From: Phoronis australis
Lineage: Eukaryota; Animalia; Phoronida
Length of the DNA: 64,000 nt
Assembly: GCA_002633005.1 (NCBI GenBank)
Contig: NMRA01000103.1
Coordinates: 775,612 to 839,611, forward strand
Direction of reading: 5' to 3'
In this document: positions 40,301 to 52,300 of the stretch, piece by piece
How the letters are laid out: the number at the start of each line of letters is the position of its first letter
How positions within the stretch are numbered: position 1 is the first letter of the stretch
Position numbers and translations under genes: made by a program
The notes under the pieces: model-generated
Told to the model about the DNA's origin: nothing
Database searches by the model: none
What the model saw: the letters and a program-made list of their open reading frames with translations, nothing else

Positions 40301-43300
40301 ATATAGATGAACTGCAATACAAAACAGCCAAGCAGCATCATTCCACCATCAAGTCACAGGCAGTGCTTACAATACAATTTTCAAATTCATAATTTTAAAG
40401 TTGGCAAATCCCAACAAATGCTCAAACAGTTTCTTGTGTCACTGATGATTGCAAAGTTCTTGTTGCTATCAGGAAACCATATCATGGCAATGATTATCAT
40501 GATATTAATCATATGAGAGTAAAGTACGGGCTTAATTTTTATTTTAAGTTGGCCAGCTAGAAAGGGTGAATTCAGTTTTGATGTAGGGCTGAAAAAGTGA
40601 ATCACACTCACCGTGCAGTCGGCAGATGAAGCTCTGATAGACCGAGATGCGAAGCGAGCCTTGTCACCTGGCTTGCGTGGCAGCGAGCTTTCGATGTACA
40701 TGAAGTAACCTGGATGGGAAAAATTCACTATTTTGACATCAGCACATTTCAACAATTCCTAACAACACAGGCAGAAATGCCCTTGTAGACAAGCTATAGC
40801 GAAAACATCAATAGATGTCGCAACCAAACCCATAGAAGCAATGAATGAAAATACAAAGTAGCATAATTATTGTCTTATCAGGGCCCATGACCACAAAATT
40901 TTTACTCGAGACTTGAATTCAGAATTGACAAAACATGAGGTGCCCCTTGAGTTCCAGCTGTGATCGGTCAGTTCTTGAATCAAGTTCGGAGCAAAATTTT
41001 GGTGGTCACGAGCCCCGTCGTTTTGTTTAATATGCATTCATGACACTGGCGACAAGAAAAGACCAGTGGCACGTTTCATGAAAATTGACTGACGACTTAA
41101 GTCGGAAATTGGTCTTACGCTCCCGGCCACACAGCAGTTTCTGACAAATGACTAAATCTCACTACAGCAAAAGTGTCGTCTCTAAGAATATACACATAAC
41201 TGCTAGTTACTAACAGAAATTATACGAATTAATACAAGACTGTGATAGATTCATAATTAAATTAAATTTACTAAACCATTATTCATCAATTGTGAAATGT
41301 GAGCTTAAGAACAAATTTCTGTCTTAATTCTTAGGTCTTCATGAAAGAGGCCCACTACCTTTGTCTGTGCCCTTTGTGTGGTCCTGACTTGGCCCAGTGC
41401 CAATGGTGCCCGTCGTGCCTTGTTGCATTTTCCAGTCAAAGTCATCGTCAAACTCCTGGTGCCAGAAGTCGCATTGTGACTCAAAGTCACAACGATTCAC
41501 GTAGTTCTTGCACACGCCAGGCTGGAAAAGGAGAGACACAGTGGAGAATTAAGAAGTTGTTTTGTCAGACTAGCTGCTCTTGTTGGACTGGGTTAACAAA
41601 ACATATATGACTACCATACCAGAGAATGAAAAAACAAAATATTTGTTCACAGATTAAGTCTAATTTTCCTTCACACATTAATTCTGCACTGATTTTGTTT
41701 TAAAAAGAGTAAAATGCTGTTTTGCGTTTTATCAAAGAGATAATTGAGTGCAAGTCGACCGTAAGATGTCACTAGGTCCCAGTATATAAAAAGTGGTCAA
41801 AACATTGCAAGTATCAAAAGATGTTACATTCAATGCATAAATAATTGGATTTAGCCCCCATATGTATCATACTTATTAAGTAGTCTATACTTTCTAACTA
41901 CAGCTCACTGTCATAAATTGCGTACCCACCAACACAATGATTCGATATCAAAACACTACTACCAGTCACATAAGACACACCATACTCATACCTGATGCAT
42001 TCCAGTCACCAACAAAACAATCCATAAACAAACAACAAAAATGACATCAGCAGAATCGTACGCACCATTTCATCACTGCCGGGATCAGTATCACCACAAT
42101 CGTTGGCATAGTCACATCTTCTGTTTAACGGCACACAATAGCCATTACCACACGTCAGCGCACCATCGCAGTTGCCCTGTACGTCAATAGGTGGCGCACA
42201 GTCAATGAAATTCAAGTCATCAATGGCGACATCACCAGAGAAATGAGAGCCTTGTCTGGCTTGGAGCACAATCTGTATGTTGGTGGCTGCAAAACCAAGA
42301 ATTTTAAAGCTTCGCAATCAGTGAAGAAGTATACTCCTGCTCATGACAGCATGCAGTAACTTTATTCATAGGCTATAGTACATGGACTTCAAACTACGTA
42401 TAATTTAAATGAACAAAATTTGTGGTCTTACGCACAAGCCCTTCACTGGCAACAACTGGCCAAATTATCAAGTATTACTTTCGGCAAGTACGTCGTCTGC
42501 TAATTATGTTCGTCTGTTGTGTCATCACAATACACTAACCGGAAGCTGAAACAGATAATTTAGGAGAGTGCCACCTCATTTAGGATAGTACACAAGAAAA
42601 TGTCGGAGTGGAAAATCTGTTGTCTATAACGTATGCTTTAATTCATGATCTCGTGGCAATGTTCAAGTATACATTTATTCTCTCGCATCAACTAAAACCA
42701 TGACGGCCAGCACTGAGCCACACAACTGACCTGAACCAATAAAAACAACCGCTCGCTTCCAGTCACGTCCCTGGTTCCCGCTGGCCACCCACAGCTGACT
42801 GGTGTCACTACTGGTCTTACGCAACACATGAAGACTGCCAATGTAGCGACCGTTCATGTTGTAGTACAGTTCCAGCTTACACTGAGGTCCTGTGCGCGTG
42901 ATCAGAGGGGTACTGATCTCAGTGGTGTCCAAACGATTGGCACCTGTCAATCAAGACTAACTGGTAAAAACAAACATTCAAAACTTTCTGGATTTCTAGC
43001 AAAATTAGCACACATACATTTTCTAAAGTTAAAACTTGCAGTTTATAGTGATTTACTAATAACAACTAAGAAAAGAGTATATTTCTACTTAACTAAAAAC
43101 ACATAATCCCCCGGAAGCTCCGCTACCAGAGACTTCTCGTGGTGATCTCACAAACTAGTGAGCAGGGTATACCACACTGTTGTTTAGTGCACCTGCTCTC
43201 TTAGCTTAAATTTCTTGTTTTTAGTATTTGAAAATTAAAATCTTTTTCTTTACAATTTTAAACAAAGTATTTATTCAGACTCACTCAAGTCTAAACTCAA

Positions 43301-46300
43301 CTTGTGGTACATTAAATACTGAAATTTGTTGATTTTTCAAAACTGAAAAAAATCCAGATTAGACTGGAAACAGGTCACTCATACTTAAACATAATTAAGA
43401 ATACCTTTTAAATGTTACATACCACATTTGAAACAAAATTTGGAACTAGGATTTACACAGGGATTTTTCAATTAACTAATGGCATATCAGTACACTATCT
43501 GAAAACACCGGAGGCCCATTCAGCATCAACATGTAAATTGTGAATTTTCACAATTTAGACTTAATAACATCAACACAGTAATTTTGACTACAGGTTGAAG
43601 GGATGAACATTCAACCGTTGAAGGTAAAGACTCGCAGCAAGCAATAAGACTGACCAACAGATCTTTAGAATAGCCAACAATGGCCTTGAAAACTTACTGC
43701 AAACAATTGAGAGGTTTTGTGAAGTGTGCCCCAGGTACTAGACATTATAAATATCACCGGTACAGTTTCTACTCCAGACAAATGCGGTTTCTACGATCAG
43801 ATAAGTAAGAATCATTCTTCTTCATATACACTATATGTTAGTCACATCACGTGACTGCCAAATGTTGGTCACATCACGTGACTGCCAAATGTTGGTCACA
43901 TCACGTGACTGCCAAATGTTGGTCACATCACGTGACTGCCAAATGTTGGTCACATCACGTTACTGCCAAATGTTGGTCACATCACGTGACTGCCAAATGT
44001 TGGTCACATCACGTGACTGCCAAATGTTGGTCACATCACGTGTCAGTGACGTATAGTTTCAAGTCTGATAACAACCAAGTCTATTGTGAAGCATTCTCAT
44101 GATCATGTTAGTGGCCATAAATCATAAACAAATTTCTCCAGACAAAAAATGGTTCTAAAGTTTTGACTGGGAATTCAATTTCAGAAGTCAAACATATAAA
44201 AAATCACAAGTTTTAGTTCACTATAGTTCAGTTTATTTCGGCCAGTATTTTAAAGCCCTGAAGACATCGCTAATGAGGTAATTTTCCTGCTCCACACAAA
44301 AGAAACTAGATCAGTGATATTGATATCATGAGATTCTGTCTGTCGCGATCTCAGAACATACCCATTGACGAAGTACACATAGTCGCCCGTGGTACAGGCT
44401 AAGTGGCAGACGCAAAGGTTGTATAAATGAGAGTTAAACACAAGCCACCACTAATGGGCAGTTCTACACACCTGAGCTGTCAGCATAGAGGTACCAGCCA
44501 TCTTTAGAGCCTGCGTTGTCAGTCTTTGGTCGGAAGTCTGTGTCACCATAGCGGGAGCGCCCTTGCCCCAGCTGCCACTTGTAGACTTTGGTTGTGTCAC
44601 CAAATTGCCAGTTACACATGTCACTGTAACTGAGCCCAAAGTTACACGACGATTTGACTGCAAAGAGTGGCAAAGAAATATGGATTTGGATCTTGAGGGA
44701 GGTAAGTGCTCGGAAAAATTTTTATCAATAATTGCGCAGACTATTGCAAATTTATCGGCTATCATCACAAACAATCAGCTTTTTGTATTTACCTGCCATT
44801 GGTGTTTATTGGTGGGGTTTACATACAGTGCGTGCCATTTGTGGAACTACAATCAATAAAAACTGAATCCAACCATTAAAAGTTGAGCAAATCCAGTCTT
44901 AGAATGACAAAACTCGGTTCACTACAATGGAATGTAAGCGAAGCTGCTGCTCCTTTGTTGAGTAGTCCTTTGGTGCGTAATGACGTGTTGTCAACAGTCC
45001 TCACGAGTACTTCACAACTTATTCACACGTAAATCAATGCGTACCACACTTTTGAACATTTCAAAAAATTTTCTCTACAACATAGCTCCCAAATAGTTCA
45101 TAGACATTTCACTCTTGTTCCCGAGTACGATGATTTACATGCAAATGCGTGTCACAAGCGTCAGTAACTTTAGATGGATCACCACTGTTGCATATTGTCT
45201 AAATGCTGTGGCTATGATGGTAAATCTTGCCAAAGTTCATTCGTAAAATGACAAGGTAGACATACCACAGCTGTCTTCATTCGAGGGCCCAGCACAGTCA
45301 GTTCTGAAGTCGCACTGCCGAGTCTTGTCGATGCATGAGCCAGATAACGGACAGCTGAATTGCTTCTGAAGATCACAGTTGTGTGGCGCTGTAGAAGGTG
45401 TGGACAACGGCATGACGGTAGATCCCGTTGGCGCTGGTGGCAACATGTTGCTAGTGTAGGAACAGTCTGGCGTGAATGAGATGTCGTCAATGGCGATGTC
45501 ACTCAAATAGTTGTCTCCGACCTGTGAGAACATGTTAAAAGGTTACAACTAAGTTTAAGCATTCAGGCGTAAAAGAGCCAAAAGGCTTGAAATTAATTTT
45601 CCGTGGGACGTACGTCAACATTATTGCTATGAACACCTGAACCTTGCTTCCTGGTCTAACTAAAATATTTCGCGTTTGAACTGCAGCTGAAGTTTAGTAA
45701 CCAAGTGCCGAGATTGCCTTGTGGAGGTAATATGACTCAATGTAACCAAGATTATGCTCTAGTGCTGGCTTATGATGTAAATGGAATTACATAGTTTGGA
45801 TACAGGAACTGCTTGATATGCAGGTTCAGTCAAGTATAATATATGTGAATTTACTATACACCAGGAAATTTGACGAACGTTTGTTAATGCACAAGGTGTC
45901 ATTCAGATAATTCATGCAGGTACCGAACAGTGTTAATTAGGTTAAGCCAAAATTGTAAACTTCAAACTTTGAATAAATCAAGTTTGCAGAGTGGCAAATC
46001 TTCTTGCTGAAGCAAATAATTATGTCAGTCACAACTCAATTTTATCAATGCTATAATTACGTATGACTGTAATTAACAATGCTAATTATATTCATACCAA
46101 AGAAGCAATTAAAAAGATTCCGCTACAAAACACACATCAAAACCATGGTTTGCAAAGGTGGTGCTGTACAAGGCTTTAAATCACCTTTGCTTGTCTTTGC
46201 ACTTAATCTTACGAGAAACTACAAGTTAGAGCTTTACATTGTCATAAGGGGTCAGTACTTACTTTTGCCTCAAAGATTAACTTGAAGGGTGACTGAGACT

Positions 46301-49300
46301 TGAGTGCTATGTCAGCTTTCTTCCATACATCGTCTCCTCCTCCTAGAACTTGGTATAAGGTCTTAGTAGGCGGTCCGTTGCTGTAGACACGCGAGTATAC
46401 GGTGAGGGAATTCACATATCGACCGTACATATGGAAGAAGAAACGCACCCTGCAGTCTTTGTCAGCAGGGACAGCAGCCAAAGTGTGACTCAACAGCCAT
46501 GCCTTGTCATTGTACTTTTGAGGTCTAGAGCCTTCAATGTACAGGTAAAACCCAAGACTCGTACCTTTCGTGTGATCAAAGGACGGTCCACTGTAAATAG
46601 ACGGGGTAGTGCCATTGAGTCTGGTCCACTGGAAGTCATCTTCAACACCATCAATGCCTTGAGTGAAGTCACCCATATCCTGTTCAAAATCGAACCTCTT
46701 GTAAGCGCTGCAAAAACCGATCTCCTCGTCACTGCTGTCGCCACAGTCATTGCTCAGGTCACAGATTTCATTGGAACTGATACAAGCATGCGACACTGTA
46801 CACCAAAACTGAGGGGCAAGGCACTGACTCTGCGGCACAGCAGGTGGATGACCGCAATCCTTGAAAAAGATGCCGTCAACGGCTATGGCACCTCCAAACG
46901 GACTGCTATTAAACGAAAGGCGTTTGAAGAAAAGAGAAAATGCAGACGTACGTGAACCAATTCCCACAGTGGCAGTAAGCCATTTATTTCCCTGGGGTCC
47001 ACTAGCCCGCCACAGTTGAGTGTTTGTGGGGCCACTTCTCAGTATAAGAGCCAGGTCACCTACTTGAGCACCTTTCATGTAATATGAGAAATGGAATGTG
47101 CACTTGGCTGATGACTTCATGAAGATTGGGCTGAACATCTCAGCAACCTTTCCTTGAATACTCCCGCTTGTGGTGTCCTTGATGTACATGTAATGACCGG
47201 TGGCCGATCCAGGCTGGGGCACAGCATCAGTGGCTGGCGCCTGACGCAGGTTGGTGTTCACAACACTTGCAGAAGCCAGGACCCAATCAAAACCATCAGG
47301 AGTAGTGGCCTCCATCCAGCCGCAGTTGCCATTCTCAAAGTCGCACACAGCTGGACACTCGTACTCGTCTAAGCCAGTTTGGCAATCCTTGATGAAATCA
47401 CAGATGGCAGTTGTGGGCACGCACTTTCCGTCGCCACAGCTGAGTTGGTCCTTGGTGCATGTGGCTGATGTCGGTTGTGTCGGGGGCAGTGTTGGTTGGC
47501 TGCCGGTCATCATAACGCAGCCAGGAGTGAAGGAGATATCATCGATGGATATATCACCTCTATAGCCTTCGCCTACAACAGCCTCCATGACAACTTGGAA
47601 TGGCACGTCACTCTGTAAGTCAAGCTCCTTCCTAAGCCACTGCTTACCTTGATCACCGTCAATGTCTAGTTGATCAACCAGAACCCCATCAGTCGTGCTT
47701 CTTGTGTAGACTGTCAACATGCCGATGTGATCGCCAAACATATGGTACCAGAAGCGTAGAGTGCACTTTCCAACTGTCTTCTGAAGCCAGATGGACATCT
47801 GGGCCTTATCACCTCTCTGTCGCGGTCGAGACGTCTCTATGTACATGTAGTGTCCTTTGTTGGATCCAAGTGTGTGGTCACGTTGTGGTCCAGTGGATGA
47901 AGATGACGTGGTACCTTGGTGGCGGGTCCAGTTGAAGTTGTCCGCCATCTCTTGCTGCCATTGGCACGTGTCTGTTTCAAAGTCGCACTGTGTGTAACTG
48001 GTGCAGGTGGCGGGTGCTTCATCGCTCTTGTCACAGCAGTCGATTTGCATGTCGCACTTGAGATTGCTTGGGACACAATGGCCACTAGCGCATGTGTACT
48101 GCGATGCTAAACAACTCTGGCTAGGATCAGGATAGGCGCAGTCCTCAAATCTGAGATCGTCAATGGCGATGTCGCTCTGATAGTTGCGACCAACAGAACC
48201 TTGCAGGATGATCTGGAACTCGGATGCGCACACTGGGATTTGTAGCTTTATTTGTTTCCATTTATCTTCATTATCACGTCCTAAGTATAAGTTTGTTTCG
48301 ACCCCTCCTGACAGTAAAAACACTCCCAGGTTGCCTACTCCACTACCATACATATGATAGTAGAATGAGAAAGTGCACTTAGTGCCCGCCTGGCGATACA
48401 CAGGACTGACTAATCTAGCGCGAGAGCCAAACCTCTGTTGACTAGCCTCGATAAAGGCAAAATGGCCAGAGGTACTATCCATGGTGTGATCCTTTCTAGG
48501 TCCAGTTCCTTGGGATGGTGTCCCGCTAGAGCCTATTGTCCAGTCAAACTGGTCACCTGTCTTCTCATTGGTCCACGAGCAGAATGGATTGCCCGTTCGT
48601 GTAGAGTCCTCAAAGTTGCACACTGTTGGGCAGGAAGCCTCGTCCGAGTTGTCCTTACAGTCCTGGATGAAGTTGCAAAATTTGGTAGTGTCGATACATT
48701 CTCCGCTGCCACATTTCTGTTTGCCAGCACCGCAAGGAGAAATTGTGGAAGTCAACTGAACAGGAGCTAATGTTGCGCCAGCAACAACCTTGCAGCCAGA
48801 AGTGAACGAGATGTCGTCTATGCCAATGTCTCCTTGGTAACCAGAGCCTCGAACACCTTCAATGACCACTTGGAAGTTGAAAGAACTACTCAGAGTCACA
48901 CTTGCCTTCTTCCACTCATCAGCCACAGAATTCTTCATTGACCACACCTGTTTCATGGCACCTCCGATGTCGCCCCTGATATAGACATTGAGAGCATTGA
49001 TGTGCCTTCCATACATGTGATAGAAGAATCTCATGACACACTGGCTACCAGAAACGGGGGCAAACACAGCGCTAAAAAGGCGGGCAGCATTGTTGACCTG
49101 GCCCACTGAGGTTTCAATATACATGTAATAGCCAGTCCTGTTACCATATGTGTGATCGCGATCGGGTCCTGTCTGGCTAGAAGACGTGGCGCCACTCTTC
49201 CGTGTCCAGTCAAAATCATCCATTTCGTCTTGTACCCAGTTACATTGGTCTTTCTCGAAGTTACAGCGCTCGACGTAGCTGCTGCATGATGCTTCATCTG

Positions 49301-52300
49301 ATCCATCACCACAATCATCTTGGTAGTCACACACTTGATCCTTGTTTACACAAGAGCCGCGTTTACACTTGAACTGATCACTGGTACAGACACCAACAGG
49401 AGGTAGAGCACAATTGGAGTAAGATACGTCATCAATGGCCATGTCGCCAGACCTCAAGAAGTGCACAGCGACAAACTGCAGTGACAGGCCAGCCTTCTGT
49501 CGACCAATGCCAACAGTGGCCATGTTCCATTTATCTCCTTTGTCACCCGTGGCATTCCACAACTGTACAATTCGGTTGCTAGTTGTGTTGGCAAGGTACA
49601 GGAAAAGAGAACCTCTTGCATCACCGGACTTGTGGTAGTAGAAGGTAACCTCACACTGAGCAGCAATTTCACCAAACACGGGTGACTGTAGCACAGCGCG
49701 ACCAAAGAAAGTTCCTTTGCCCGCGTCAACAAACATATAGAAGCCAGTGGCAGAGTTGGTTGTGTGATCAGTGCTGGGCCCAGAGAGTTTGCTGGGTGTT
49801 GCTCCGCTATTGCGTGTCCAATTATAACGTCCAGCAGAAATGGCAGTCCATCCACACTGTCCAGTCTCAAAAGTACAGTCACCACAGTTAGACTCGTCAG
49901 AGTTATCACTGCAGTCGTTGGGAATAAAATTGCATCTCTTGGCAGCATCGATACACTGAAGTTTATCGGCACACTGCCATTTGCCAGGGCCACATGGCGA
50001 CTGAGTTGTCGGTGGAGTTGTTTTAGGTGTGGTGGCTGTGGACACTGTACCTATGTATTTCTTGCACTGGGGAGTAAAAGAGAAATCGTCAATGGAGATG
50101 TCGCCACGGTAACTTGCGCCTCTTGTAGCTTCAATAATCACCTGTGTTGGCTGGTTAGACACAGGGAGAACTACGGCGCTTCTTTCGTAGTAATTACCCA
50201 GCTCACCCTTCCTGGACAGCAGAGTTCTAAGTGGGCCACGTACAGCTGTTCTCGTGTAAACCCTCAGCGTGTCGATGTCTTTTCCATACATGTGATAGTA
50301 GAACCTGAATACACAGCCGGGGTACACCGTAACGAAGGGACTGGCTAAACGCGCTTTGTCGCCCTTCTGTCGAGGAGCAGACGTCTCTATGTATGCGTAG
50401 TAACCGGTGTAGGAGTTGGTTGTGTGGTCGCGGCCAGCACCTGTAGATGCCGTACCAGTGTTGCCACGCTTACGACTCCAGTCAAAGTCGTCATCCTTCA
50501 ACTGTGTCCAGTCGCAGAAGCCTTGTTCCAGATCGCATCTGAGTGGATAACTCTGGCAGGTCTTTTTGTCTTCATCAGAGCCGTCGCCACAGTCATCCGT
50601 AAAGTCACAAAGGCGGTCATTGGAGATGCATGATCCACGAGCACACTTAAACTGACCAGACAGACAGTTACCATTGACAACAGGTGGGAGTGCACAACCT
50701 TGGAAACTGATGTCGTCAATGGCGATATCGCCAAGGGTGTTGAAACCCCTCTGAGCTGCTATTATAATATTGAACTGTGTTGTCACACGTCCAATGGGGA
50801 CGACTGCTTCAATCCACTTGTTACCTTGAGCGCGAGTCTGGTACCAAATCTGCGTGGTTCTGTCACCTTCTTTATGGTAGACGCGGAGATTGCCGATGTC
50901 GCGGCCATACATGTGATACCAGAATCTAATCTGACAGGTTGTTGCAGAGTTCTTCAGAGTAGGGCTTGTGAACTGGGCAGACGAGTACCGGCCACCATCA
51001 CTGGCATCAACATACATGTAGTAGCCTTGCACGGAAAGAGTGGTGTGATCGAAGGAAGGCCCAGTGTTAGAGTCAGGCGTGCCACCTCTGTACTTCTTCC
51101 AGATAAATGATGATGTTGATGAGCTGTTCCACTTGCAATTGTTGGTCTCAAAAGTACACTCGTAACCGCAGCTGACTTCGTCCGAGGAGTCGTCACAGTC
51201 GCGGGTGAAATCGCAAAGTTTGTCGCCAGAAATGCAACTGCTGATGCCGTTGATGGAGCATGTTTTTGCACATGGTGGCGGTGTCGTTGGTGGAGCTGGA
51301 CAACCATTGCCAGGTAAAAGCACAATGTCGTCAATAGCAATATCTCCGTAGGGCCCTTGACCGACAACAGCTTCAAACACAAACTTGTACTTGCCTATAG
51401 TGGCGGTCATTTCTGCCTGACCTAGCTGCCAGTTAGGACCTTGGTTTCCAGAGCGCTCCCACAGTGTGACAGATCTGCCCACGTAAGGAGTACCATACAC
51501 TCTGAGCGTGCCCATGGCGGATCCGTACATGTTGTAGTAGAACTGCAAGCAACCTATGGTGCCGTTGGCCATTGTTGGTGATGCAAACCACGCTTTGTCA
51601 CCAGAAGCCCTGGGTGCAGATGCTTCAATATATAGATATTTGCCATATGGTGTTCCTAAAGTGTGATCTGTCTGAGGACCGGTGTTGAGAGAAACAGTAC
51701 TTCCCATTGCCCTCTCCCAGTCAAAGTCATCATTTCCAACTAAGTTCATCCAGCCACAGGTGTCCTTCTCAAAGTTACAGTGTCCAAGGGGCGGACAAGG
51801 ATAATCCGTATACGAAATGTCATCTATGGCAATGTCACCACGGAAACCCTTGCCAGCAACACCTTCAAACGTTAGTATGTGTTTCTTCGGAGTTTTGATA
51901 GACATCTGTGCAGGGTGCCATTGATTCAACTCTTGCCCACTCATTGACCACAGGACAACGCCCTGGGAACCCTCGTCTTTACGATAGACATTCAACGTTC
52001 CAATGTCAGCCCCGTACATGTGGTACCAGAAGGTCAGACATGATCCTAAGGTTGCAGGATAGATGGGAGAGTCCAAGCGAGCAGTGTCTCCAAGTTTGCG
52101 AGTACCGGACGTCTCAATGTACATGTAGTGTCCCTGAGCAGTGCCGTAGGTATGGTCAGTCCTGGGACCCGTTCTGAAGCTTGTCGTCGCTCCACTGTTG
52201 TATGTCCAGTCAAAGACGTCCGTCTGATCTTGTACAAACGAGCAAAGCCCATTCTCAAAGTCACATAGTGTGGTTGATGGACAAGGCCCATCACGAACAG

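Noticed and set aside
43835-44102. ORFs MLVTSRDCQ x7 and TAKCWSHHV x7; possible CRISPR-like array
   Set aside because: A 27-bp minisatellite without stop codons; no unique spacers, and the context is a eukaryotic intron.
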